Source: Nitrospirota bacterium
GTDB lineage: Bacteria; Nitrospirota; UBA9217
Assembly (NCBI GenBank): GCA_963790205.1
Contig: CAWBNQ010000014.1
Span: 64,001 to 128,000, forward strand
DNA length: 64,000 bases
Reading direction: 5' to 3'
Part shown: one piece after another, positions 32,311 to 41,969 of the stretch
Layout: each line of letters opens with the position of its first letter
Position numbering within the stretch: the stretch's first letter is position 1
The notes under the pieces: generated by a model
What the model was told of the DNA's origin: nothing
Seen by the model: the letters and a program-made list of their open reading frames with translations, nothing else
Databases searched by the model: none
Program-made: the position numbers and the translations under genes

Positions 32311-33504
32311 GTGTACACGCGAGATAGCCTACAGATCGAAGTCGCGGACATCTTTCGCCGGTACGGTCCTCTTTACCGGAACGCTCATCCCATGCCCTTG
32401 AATCGTCTTCGCGCCATGCGGGCGATCGAGACCTGCCGCACCGCCGACCAAGGCGGTCACGTGGACGAATGCGAGCACTGCGGGACAAAAGTGATCTCGT
32501 ACAACTCCTGCAGAAACCGGCATTGCCCCAAGTGCCAGTTCCTTAAAAAAGAGCAGTGGATCGAGGCCCGGGAAGAAGACCTGCTTCCCATTCCTTACTT
32601 CCATGTCGTTTTTACCATCCCCGATAAACTCAATCCCCTTGTGCTCCGGAACCAGGAGGCCCTCTACGGGATCCTGTTCAAGGCCGTTTCGGAAACCCTG
32701 ACGGAACTCTCGAATACGCAGAAACACTTGGGCGCGGAAATCGGTTTTATCTCGATCCTGCACACCTGGGGACAGAACCTTATGGATCATCCGCATCTCC
32801 ACAACATCGTCACCGGCGGCGGATTGTCCAAGGGCGGACGGAAATGGAAATCATGCAAGAATGGCTTTTTCCTTCCCGTCAAGGTCATGTCGAAACTCTT
32901 TCGGGGGAAGTTTCTCGCTTATCTGAAAAAACTCCGTGCCGAGAACAAACTTGTCTACCCCGGCGTCGTAAGCCATCTTGCGTCGCCGGGAGTTTTCAAG
33001 GCCTTCATCGCCGATTTGTACAAGAAGCAGTGGGTCGTCTATTGTAAGCCGCCGTTCGACGGAACAAAAGGCGTTCTTGAGTATCTCGGCAGATACACCC
33101 ACCGTATCGCGATCAGCAATCACCGGCTCGTGAAGATGATGGACGACAAGATCTCCTTCCGGTGGCGCGACTACGCGGACAGCAACAAAAGCAAGATCAT
33201 GACCGTGGACGCCGATGAGTTCATCCGGCGGTTCCTGCTTCATGTCCTGCCCGACCGGTTTGTCAAAATCAGGCATTACGGTCTGTTGGGAAACAGATGC
33301 CGCAGAAAGAAACTCGACCAATGCAGAGAGCTTCTGGCCTGCGTTGATCAGAACGAGGCGGAGCAGAAGACTGAGACGTGGCAGGAAGCTTTGCTCAGGA
33401 TCGCCGGCATTGACGTGGCCAAATGCCCTGCCTGCGGCGAACGCAGAATGCGCACAATCGAGATCATGCAGCCCGCGCGCTGCAAAGGACCGCCGCGAAT
33501 ATGA
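32311..33504 (+). CDS. IS91-family rolling-circle transposase (Zn-binding + Y2 domain)
   Basis: CRT, YNSCRNRHCPKC, HVVFT, LHTWG..L..HPHLH, YLGRYTH, FLLHVLP, RHYG. Confidence 0.95.
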   Translation: MYTRDSLQIEVADIFRRYGPLYRNAHPMPLNRLRAMRAIETCRTADQGGHVDECEHCGTKVISYNSCRNRHCPKCQFLKKEQWIEAREEDLLPIPYFHVVFTIPDKLNPLVLRNQEALYGILFKAVSETLTELSNTQKHLGAEIGFISILHTWGQNLMDHPHLHNIVTGGGLSKGGRKWKSCKNGFFLPVKVMSKLFRGKFLAYLKKLRAENKLVYPGVVSHLASPGVFKAFIADLYKKQWVVYCKPPFDGTKGVLEYLGRYTHRIAISNHRLVKMMDDKISFRWRDYADSNKSKIMTVDADEFIRRFLLHVLPDRFVKIRHYGLLGNRCRRKKLDQCRELLACVDQNEAEQKTETWQEALLRIAGIDVAKCPACGERRMRTIEIMQPARCKGPPRI

Positions 33505-33860
33505 TTACCACAAGCACTGAAATGAACAACCCGACTCCGACATCCATCCCCGAAAAAAGTCACGTCTTTCGCAACGATACCCTATTGCCCAAAAGCCCTT
33601 TTTCCTGTATAGTCTTTTACGAAAGGGGCTTGCGGAGCAGTCCGGAATCGCCGCTTTTCACCCGAACAAGTCTCACGCCCCTGCCAATGCTGTCTCCGCG
33701 GACTTCGTTTTAAGCTGACAAATCATTTGAAATCCCATAGCGACGTGGCGCGCAACGGCTTAGTCCAACCAGCTTCTTTCTGAATAAAGCGTTCAGAAAG
33801 AAGCCTTAACATTAACTCGCAAAGTACAGACAAAGAAGGAACGAAGGACCGGATCGCTTA

Positions 33861-34412
33861 ATGTCAATTAAGAAGAAAAGTATAGAGATCATAAAGACAA
33901 GAGAGTTACTGCGCGTTAACTCACTTCATAAGCCCATTTCTAATAGAAACAAGAGCGCACGTATAATCATAGCGTCACTTTTCTTCCTTATAATTATGTC
34001 GTTCTTCCTTTGGACAAATCACAGCCGTCTCGATTTGCTGCTGCCGATCTGGGGCATGCTCATCGTACTTTACGGTACTGTACTCTTTGTTATTTCTATC
34101 TGGAGCAACAAATTAGGCCAACCATTGATAATTACAGAAAGCGGTATTGTCGGGCCGAATGTTGCGGAATTTTGGGAAGATATCGAATGTTATAGCTGGG
34201 AAAACTTTACAGGAGCCTCAAAAATATTCGGACCCAAAGTCTTTACAGCTTGTGAAGGCATCTGCCTTAAGATTAAAAACAAAGGTATATTTCCGCGGAC
34301 CTTGGACGGACATGGACATACTAAATTTGCGCAATACCTAATTTTCTTCTCGCCCGAACAAATAGCCGCAGCTGAAGAAATCTTTAATCTACACGGCGTT
34401 AAAAAAGCGTAA
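33861..34412 (+). CDS. AT-rich hypothetical membrane protein (cassette-like)
   Basis: Two TM helices, low GC, followed by an attC-like palindrome. Confidence 0.7.
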   Translation: MSIKKKSIEIIKTRELLRVNSLHKPISNRNKSARIIIASLFFLIIMSFFLWTNHSRLDLLLPIWGMLIVLYGTVLFVISIWSNKLGQPLIITESGIVGPNVAEFWEDIECYSWENFTGASKIFGPKVFTACEGICLKIKNKGIFPRTLDGHGHTKFAQYLIFFSPEQIAAAEEIFNLHGVKKA

Positions 34413-34416
34413 TGAG

Positions 34417-34489
34417 GGCTAATACGACCGGTCAACCTGGCGGTCCACAGCGACGCGCCAGAAGGCGGCGCGTGACCGCCGCGTTGGCT
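34417..34489 (+). other. Degenerate attC-like site
   Basis: GGCTAAT...GGCGGTC...ACGCGCC/GGCGCGT...GACCGCC...GTTGGCT just after a stop codon. Confidence 0.45.
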
Positions 34490-34512
34490 TTTATAGAATT
34501 AAGGAAAAGGAT

Positions 34513-34908
34513 ATGCAAGAATATTTCGAATATTTAGAAAAAAATTTCCCAATAATAAATGGCGAAGTCAGCATTGAATCGGTTGACCATTTATCCGCCA
34601 ATAAAATTATCAATAGGGCAAAAAAAATAACATCGTTGATACCTGCACTTAAATCCAGCAATAATACTTCTATTTTTAATCACTGTGCTTCATTATCACT
34701 TAGTGGGGACCGAGCAGATTGTTGGGCGTATGGCTGTAGGAAAAATCATCTGAACCAGTTGTCGATTATAGCAGCCCTTTATAGTGACAAAATTAACATA
34801 AATAACTTTTTTTCATTTTATCATCCACATAATATTACTGATGATGATTCTGTTAAGCAATCTTTTTATGACGATATTTCTCTCATATATTTTATTAGAC
34901 CATTACTA
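34513..34908 (+). pseudogene. Very AT-rich ORF truncated by an IS630 end
   Basis: ORF with SD runs into the IS630 terminal repeat at TA 34907-34908. Confidence 0.6.
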
Positions 34909-35124
34909 ATACAAACGCACTAAGTAATGTTACAAAGTCGCCTGACTTTGTGCTTTGACCACGAGTCAAGCGTCCTTTGGACCGTTGCCCAGATTGCGTC
35001 AAGGTTATCGAACCACCGGTTGGTAGTTGATTCATAGCGAATCTGGCGCCATATGCGCTCCTGCATATTCAAGGCAGGCTGATATGGTGGTAAGTACACA
35101 ATCCGGAGTCGTTTATGCTTTCTG
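34907..35124 (-). mobile_element. IS630 right-end fragment (transposase 3' end)
   Basis: Near-identical to 58224-58441 (encodes RKHKRLRIVYLPPYQPALN...RRLCNIT). Confidence 0.92.
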
Positions 35125-35131
35125 GGAACCG

Positions 35132-36068
35132 ATAGGGTCACGTCTTGTAACTTGACAATTGCGTTGCGCTGTGATATCGTCGCTACATTATGGCCCGTCC
35201 CCTTCGCATAGAGTATCCCGGTGCTGTTTACCACGTCACCTCCCGCGGGAATGAAAAGAAGCCCGTCTTCAAGGACGAGCAGGACCGCTTGAACTTCCTC
35301 AATACCCTCCAGCACGCCGGCAAACACTACAACTGGATCTGCCACGCCTACTGCCTCATGACCAACCATTACCATCTCCTCATCGAGACCCCGGACGGCA
35401 ATCTATCCATCGGCATGAGACAACTGAACGGCGTCTACACGCAGCTCTTTAACAATTGGCATGGCAGGACCGGTCACCTGTTCCAGGGACGATACAAAGC
35501 CATTCTGATCCAGAAGGACAGCCATCTCCTTGAGGTTTGCCGGTATGTGGTCCTGAATCCTGTACGGGCCAAGATGGTTGAGACGCCGGAGGGGTATCGC
35601 TGGTCTAGCTACCTGGCTACGGCGGGCAGAACAAAGCCCCATCCGTGCCTCACCACAGACTGGGTATTGGGCCAATTCAGCGGGAAGCGGGGCAAGGCGG
35701 AGCAAGAATACCGGCAGTTCGTCAAATGGGGGATCGGCAAACAATCCGTCTGGACCGACGTGCGGGGCCAGACGATACTCGGTGAAGAAGATTTTGCAGA
35801 CCGCTTTATAGATCATCTCAGGAAGCATAAAGAGGTGCCCGAGATCACCCGGAGTCAAAAATACCTGAAGAGGCCGGCCCTGGAAAAGCTGTTTTCGGAA
35901 GACATTTTGCGGAATAAGCGCAAGCGGGACCGGCGCATAGCCGATGCGGTAAAACGCCATGGGTATCTTCAGAGAGAGATCGCGGACCATCTGCAATTGA
36001 ACTATGCAACCGTCAGCAGGTTGGTGAGCGCTCAAGAGCAAATATCAAATAACAAGACGTGACCCTAT
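35132..36068 (+). mobile_element. RAYT/Y1-transposase element with 17-bp perfect terminal inverted repeats
   Basis: ATAGGGTCACGTCTTGT (35132-35148) and ACAAGACGTGACCCTAT (36052-36068). Confidence 0.8.
35190..36062 (+). CDS. REP-associated tyrosine transposase-like (Y1 HUH) with C-terminal HTH
   Basis: MARPLR, YHVTSRGN, AYCLMTNHYHLL, GHLFQGRY, YVVLNPVRA, WSSY; HTH QREIADHL. Confidence 0.92.
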   Translation: MARPLRIEYPGAVYHVTSRGNEKKPVFKDEQDRLNFLNTLQHAGKHYNWICHAYCLMTNHYHLLIETPDGNLSIGMRQLNGVYTQLFNNWHGRTGHLFQGRYKAILIQKDSHLLEVCRYVVLNPVRAKMVETPEGYRWSSYLATAGRTKPHPCLTTDWVLGQFSGKRGKAEQEYRQFVKWGIGKQSVWTDVRGQTILGEEDFADRFIDHLRKHKEVPEITRSQKYLKRPALEKLFSEDILRNKRKRDRRIADAVKRHGYLQREIADHLQLNYATVSRLVSAQEQISNNKT

Positions 36069-36119
36069 GCTATGGATTCCCACGTGACCGGCGCGTTCGG
36101 CTTTCCCTCTGAGGATCAG

Positions 36120-36714
36120 ATGACTATGAATGCAAGAGAAAAAAGAAACATGCTCATGACGGTGTTTGATGCGCTGCCATCAATGGTTTTTGTGGTCGGT
36201 CGACCAGGATGTGAGGATTCAAGAGTACAATGCGGCGGCTTCTGCCCTCTTGACAGCCGAAAGGAAGACCGTCCTGAAGCGGCGAGCCGGCGAAATACTG
36301 CACTGTATACATTCGAGAGAAGTGCGGGAGGGGTGCGGCGGGTCTCCGTTCTGCAAGGACTGTATTATCAGGAATTCCGTCACGGAAGCCTTCCAGGGGG
36401 ACCGTGTTATCCGCCGTCGCGCAAGAATGGAACTCATCCGGGATACAGGAACGATAGAGATGTACGCACTGATCACCGCTTCTCTCTTTTCCTTCCAGGA
36501 CAGGCAACTTGTGTTGCTCGTGATTGAGGACATCAGTGAGATAGCAGAGCTTTATCGGATGATACCTATTTGTTCTGTCTGCAGAAAAGTGCGAGACGAT
36601 AAGGAGTCCTGGATGCAGGTCGAGGCCTATTTCCAGAATAATTGGGGCGTCGACTTCTCGCATGGTCTTTGCCCGGACTGTTATAAGACCGAAAAGGACA
36701 AACTGCACAGCTGA
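36120..36714 (+). pseudogene. PAS-domain protein with C-terminal Cys-rich (PICSVC...SHGLCPDC) tail; frameshifted by a 4-bp duplication
   Basis: VFDALPSMVFVV joins DQDVRIQEYNAAA once the duplicated GGTC (36194-36201) is removed. Confidence 0.8.
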
Positions 36715-36742
36715 GTTTTTCGTTCCTGGAATAAAAACGCGC

Positions 36743-37537
36743 CTATCTCCCCTTCCGCTTCTCCGCCGTGCGTTTCAGTATCTCCACCATCTGCCCGTGA
36801 ATGATGCCGTTGCTCGCCAGGACCTCGTCGCCAAATATATCGAACGTGTTGTCCCTGAGGTCCGTTACCCTGCCTCCGGCCTCAAGCACGATAAGGCTTC
36901 CCGCGGCCACGTCCCAGGGCTTGAGTTTGAGTTCCCAGAAACCGTCGAATCGTCCGGCGGCCACGGAGCAGAGGTCGAGGGCCGCCGAACCGTCGCGGCG
37001 GACCTCCTGGGAGGCCATGAGCAGGCCGTGAAAGTAATCCAGGTTGTTTTTCTCGCTCACCTTGCGGTCATAGGGGAAACCCGTGGCCAGCAGGCTTTGT
37101 ATGAGCGCGTCCACGGTCGACACCTTGATCCGTTTCCCGTTCAGATACGCGCCCTGCCCCTTCTGCGCCGTGAAAAGCTCGTCCCGCATGGGGTCGTAGA
37201 CAACGCCGGTGATGACGTCGCCCTCGCGCTCGAGCGCAATGGACACGGAAAAACAGGGATAGCCGTGCGCGTAGTTCGTGGTGCCGTCGAGGGGATCGAT
37301 GATCCAGGTATAGCCGGACCCGTTGCGTATCGTGGTTTCCTCCTCGGCAATGATGCCGTGCTCGGGAAAGGACGCGCGCAGCGTCTCGACCACCGCGCGT
37401 TCGGAGCGCGTGTCCATCTCGGTGACCAGGTTGATGTCGCCCTTATAGGTGATCTCCCGCGTGCCGTGGATATTCTCTTTCAATATCCCGCCCGCCTTGC
37501 GGGCCGCTTCGCCGGCAACGGCCAAAAAGTCCTTCAT
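36743..37537 (-). CDS. suhB: Inositol-1-monophosphatase SuhB
   Basis: NLVTEMD, AEE, WIIDPLDGTTNYAHG, RRDGSAALDL, WDVAAG. Confidence 0.9.
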   Translation of the reverse strand: MKDFLAVAGEAARKAGGILKENIHGTREITYKGDINLVTEMDTRSERAVVETLRASFPEHGIIAEEETTIRNGSGYTWIIDPLDGTTNYAHGYPCFSVSIALEREGDVITGVVYDPMRDELFTAQKGQGAYLNGKRIKVSTVDALIQSLLATGFPYDRKVSEKNNLDYFHGLLMASQEVRRDGSAALDLCSVAAGRFDGFWELKLKPWDVAAGSLIVLEAGGRVTDLRDNTFDIFGDEVLASNGIIHGQMVEILKRTAEKRKGR

Positions 37538-37782
37538 GCATCCTCCTCGAAATGTCAAAACTAACCACAGAGGTCACGGAGAAATCATCAGGGCCAAAAG
37601 GTTAAGGGTCCTTTACCGGCCTCCTCTGTGTCCTTTTACTTCAGTATTTTTTTGTTTTTATATTCTTCACGTTTTCAAGAATGGTCTTCCTGTCAAGTCA
37701 CTTGAGCCCGCAGAGCATTCTCCGTGCTCTCTGTGTCGTGCTTTGTCTCTCATGAAAGTATCGGCAGTACTGGCTGATCTAA

Positions 37783-39115
37783 CAGTTTGCTGAAAAAGTC
37801 CTTTTCAAACGTGATGTAAATGCGTATAGTGGCGCAACGGCAGTTGACAAGGAGGCCACATGCGCGGTGAAAACGAGATTCAGAGCGGGATGTTCAGTTA
37901 CTTTTCTCCTGAACAGCGTGTCCCGGCCCAGCATCCTCTGCGGGCGATCAAAGCCCATGCGGATACGGTTCTTGCAGAGCTTTCGCCGGTCTTCGACTCC
38001 ATGTACAGCAACATGGGGCGGCCGTCGATCCCGCCGGAGAGGCTGCTGAAATCCCAGCTCTTGATCGCCCTGTACTCGGTGCGTTCCGAAACCCAGTTCT
38101 GCGAAATGGTGGATTATAACATTCTCTTCCGCTGGTTTTTGGATATGGACCTGGAAGAGTCGTCCTTCGATCCCACGACGTTCACGAAGAACCGGGATCG
38201 GCTTCTGGAACATCGGGTGGCCGTGAAGTTTTTTGATCGTGTGGTTAACATCGCCCGGAAAGGCGGGCTGCTCTCGGATGATCATTTTACGGTGGACGGC
38301 AGCCTTATTGAGGCCTGCGCCAGTCTGAAGAGCTTCCGTCCCAAGGACGAGGACCCTTCGGACCGCCCGACGACGGACGATGATCCGGGAAATCCCACGG
38401 TGAACTTTCGGGGTGAGAAACGGTCGAACAAGACTCATGCTTCTACCACTGATCCCGAGTCTCGTTTGATGAAGAAGAGCGCGGGCAAGGAGGCTAAGCT
38501 TTCTTTCGGCGCCCATGCCTTGATGGAGAACCGAAACGGCCTGCTGGTCGACATCACCGTTACCCCGGCAACGGGTGATGCGGAACGGGAGGCGGCCAAG
38601 GATATGCTTACCCGTCAGGCGCGGAAACGCGTTAAACCCAAGACCATCGGTGCCGATAAGGGCTACGATACCCAGGGCTTTGTTGAGGCCATGCGGGGCA
38701 GAGAGATCACGCCGCATGTTGCGGCCAACACCGAAAGAAGAGGCGGCTCTGCCATAGATGGACGCACCACGCGGCACGAAGGATACAACATCAGCCAGCG
38801 AATCCGAAAACGGGTGGAAGAGATCTTCGGATGGCTCAAGAGCATCGGCGGTTTCAGGCGGACACGGTACAAGGGAAGAGATCGAACCCACCTTCAAGCC
38901 TTGTTCGTCGGAGCTGCATACAACCTGCTGCGAATAGTAAATATCCAACGGCGAACTGCGGCTGCTACATAGCAAAAGCGCAGTAGAATCCCGATAATGG
39001 GTGCCGAAAGGCGATCTTGAATGAGCTACAAAGTGTGTCATAGGCTTTGCAGTAGGATAAAAATCAAGCTCCGAATAGAATTTTTTAAACTGAAGGCCAC
39101 TTTTTCAGCGGCCTG
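37783..39115 (+). mobile_element. IS5-family insertion sequence, intact
   Basis: Inverted repeats CAGTTTGCTGAAAAAGT / ACTTTTTCAGCGGCCTG; 4-bp target duplication CTAA (37779-37782, 39116-39119). Confidence 0.92.
37860..38972 (+). CDS. IS5-family DDE transposase
   Basis: GRPSIPPERLL, FTVDGS, GADKGYD, RKRVEEIFGWLK. Confidence 0.95.
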   Translation: MRGENEIQSGMFSYFSPEQRVPAQHPLRAIKAHADTVLAELSPVFDSMYSNMGRPSIPPERLLKSQLLIALYSVRSETQFCEMVDYNILFRWFLDMDLEESSFDPTTFTKNRDRLLEHRVAVKFFDRVVNIARKGGLLSDDHFTVDGSLIEACASLKSFRPKDEDPSDRPTTDDDPGNPTVNFRGEKRSNKTHASTTDPESRLMKKSAGKEAKLSFGAHALMENRNGLLVDITVTPATGDAEREAAKDMLTRQARKRVKPKTIGADKGYDTQGFVEAMRGREITPHVAANTERRGGSAIDGRTTRHEGYNISQRIRKRVEEIFGWLKSIGGFRRTRYKGRDRTHLQALFVGAAYNLLRIVNIQRRTAAAT

Positions 39116-39154
39116 CTAAGGCGCTGATAGTACCATACTTCGCCCGGACCTCAA

Positions 39155-39191
39155 AAAACAAAAAGGGCAAGGCTTGCAGGCCTTACCCTTC
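39155..39191 (-). terminator. Probable terminator of the small HTH gene
   Basis: AAGGGTAAGGC/GCCTTGCCCTT stem followed by a T-rich run. Confidence 0.6.
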
Positions 39192-39241
39192 ATCTAGACG
39201 ATCCGAAGCGACTGCGTGAAGAGCTCAAAACGGTTTCCGGT

Positions 39242-39430
39242 CTACTGGACGATCCGTTCCATCTCAACGCCGAGGTAATCCGCCAGAAGCTTCACGGTAC
39301 GGGGCTTCGTGGTGACCCCTTTCAGCGTTCTTGAGACCGTTACTTTGTGCATGCCGAGTTTGTCCGCGATCTCCGTGTAGCTCAATCCCTTTTCCAAGCG
39401 CTTTCTCTCAAGAACATCTATTTTATACAT
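39242..39430 (-). CDS. Small Cro/XRE-like HTH protein
   Basis: RLEKGLSYTEIADKLGMHKVTVSR...LADYLGV. Confidence 0.88.
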   Translation of the reverse strand: MYKIDVLERKRLEKGLSYTEIADKLGMHKVTVSRTLKGVTTKPRTVKLLADYLGVEMERIVQ

Positions 39431-39497
39431 GGCGTTCCCTCTCTTCCAAGGTTGTTCCTGCAGGACCGATCAAGATAAGAACTGGAAATAATCTAAA

Positions 39498-39518
39498 GTT
39501 ATAGTTATTACTATAGCA
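39498..39518. promoter_or_regulatory. Palindromic operator overlapping an extended -10
   Basis: TATAGT-TATT-ACTATA; TGcTATAGT on the minus strand. Confidence 0.55.
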
Positions 39519-39607
39519 CAAACATGTGCATTTTAAAACAGGAAGAAAAAAATATTTTGCAACTATTTGTTGACTTGGCAAAGGAAGCAGGGTATATATC
39601 GTCTTAT

Positions 39608-39859
39608 ATGACCCTTGCTGAAAAATTGAAAAAGCTGCGGGAGGGGAAAAAGTTGTCCATGAGCCAGGTGGCGCGTCTGTCGGAACGCGCCGAAGACCGC
39701 CGCGGAAGGATCACCCAGGGCTATATTTCCCGCCTCGAATCCGGCAAAGAGACGAACCCGAGCCTGATGAAACTGCTGACGCTGTGCCGCATTTATACCG
39801 TCCAGCCGGACGAACTCTTCGTAACAAACAACCGAAAAAAAACCCGGAAGAGCAGATAA
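39608..39859 (+). CDS. XRE-family HTH regulator
   Basis: LAEKLKKLRE.KKLSMSQVA...ITQGYISRLESGKETNPSL. Confidence 0.88.
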   Translation: MTLAEKLKKLREGKKLSMSQVARLSERAEDRRGRITQGYISRLESGKETNPSLMKLLTLCRIYTVQPDELFVTNNRKKTRKSR

Positions 39860-39882
39860 ATCGATCCCCCGCCGCCAGAATG

Positions 39883-40719
39883 CTACCGGGCCGTCCAGCG
39901 ATGCGGTATATGGCAGGACTTGCAGTGTTTTGTGGAAGCATGGACCGGCTTGATCATCAACACCTCGCGGGTATGGCACCGCAGGCAGTCATCATCGCTC
40001 GGTTTGATCCGGGCATGAGGCTTGTGACATTCATAGCAGTTTAACCGCGCCATCGGGACCCGGTCCGGGAACGAGGCCTTTGCCGATTTACGGTGGCAGG
40101 ACAGGCAGCGGTTCCGGTCCGGTATGAACGGTTCCGGCTTTCTCGGAGAAAAAACGTGACACCGGAGGCACGAGATCTCTTCCATCCCGACCCCGTGTAT
40201 TTTCCAGTTTTTATGACAGCGCAGGCAGGCCTTCTCCTCCGGCTTGAAGGCGTGCACCTTGCTGCTGTGGCAGTCTTTGCAGACGAGTTTCTCCATGAAC
40301 ACATGCCGGGCGTGGCCGCTCGACTTGTTCACCGTGAGCGATCCCTGTGCCGCATCGTCCCAGTGGCACTTCGTACAGGTCTTCCAGGGGGTCTCGTTGC
40401 CATGGGGCTCCGGTGTTTTCCGGTCCGTGGTAAAAATGAATTTGACCAGCAGCCTGTTCTGTTCGATCAAACCGAGTTGGTGGCAGTCCTGGCACACGAT
40501 GTTCCGATGGCCGGAAAGCTTCCAAGCCGTATAGGCATCCTCCATCAGATGACAGCTGTTGCAGAACTCGGGGTTTTTCTGTATATAGTTGTAGTACCGG
40601 ACGGCAAGCACGATGCCCAATACCGAGATGATGAGCATCAGGGAGATAAGAACGGCCTTGTCTCTCGGGCTCAGCCCCCGTTCCAGTTTGTCGAATAGTT
40701 TGGAGATTATCTTATACAT
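39883..40719 (-). CDS. Membrane-anchored decaheme cytochrome c (NapC/NrfH-like N-terminus)
   Basis: N-terminal TM helix, P.FCNSCH.M, ten CxxCH motifs. Confidence 0.9.
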   Translation of the reverse strand: MYKIISKLFDKLERGLSPRDKAVLISLMLIISVLGIVLAVRYYNYIQKNPEFCNSCHLMEDAYTAWKLSGHRNIVCQDCHQLGLIEQNRLLVKFIFTTDRKTPEPHGNETPWKTCTKCHWDDAAQGSLTVNKSSGHARHVFMEKLVCKDCHSSKVHAFKPEEKACLRCHKNWKIHGVGMEEISCLRCHVFSPRKPEPFIPDRNRCLSCHRKSAKASFPDRVPMARLNCYECHKPHARIKPSDDDCLRCHTREVLMIKPVHASTKHCKSCHIPHRWTAR

Positions 40720-40785
40720 GGCGAATAATCAGGAGTCGGTATACTGTAGACGGTATACAAAACTATGCCGCCTGCTGTCTACGGC

Positions 40786-41820
<1,035 letters not shown>

Positions 41821-41831
41821 GAAATAAGTCC

Positions 41832-41951
41832 GTCATTCCCGCCCCTGCTTCAATCATGCTGGGGCAGGCTCCCGCGGGAATCCAGCAGCTTCGTTGAAAC
41901 AACAACGAAAAAGTCCAAAGCCGCCGGATTCCGGGTCAAGCCCGGAATGAC
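41832..41951. repeat. REP/RPE-like palindromic element with a nested palindrome
   Basis: GTCATTCCCGC...GCGGGAATCC...GGATTCCGGG.CAAGCCCGGAATGAC; internal CCTGC...GCAGG. Confidence 0.8.
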
Positions 41952-41969
41952 ACCTTTGCTATACTTTTC

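Larger units (their letters stand above)
31239..33769 (+). mobile_element. Tyrosine recombinase + IS91-type (Y2) transposase element with 21-bp imperfect terminal inverted repeats
   Basis: GTTGAACTAAGCCGCTGCGCG (31239-31259) versus CGCGCAACGGCTTAGTCCAAC (33749-33769), 19/21 match. Confidence 0.75.

Noticed and set aside
34920..35375. 151-aa minus-strand ORF as a real gene
   Set aside because: Chimera of antisense RAYT sequence and the IS630 3' fragment.
39242..39859. Prophage
   Set aside because: Only the two HTH genes are present; no structural, replication or integration genes flank them.
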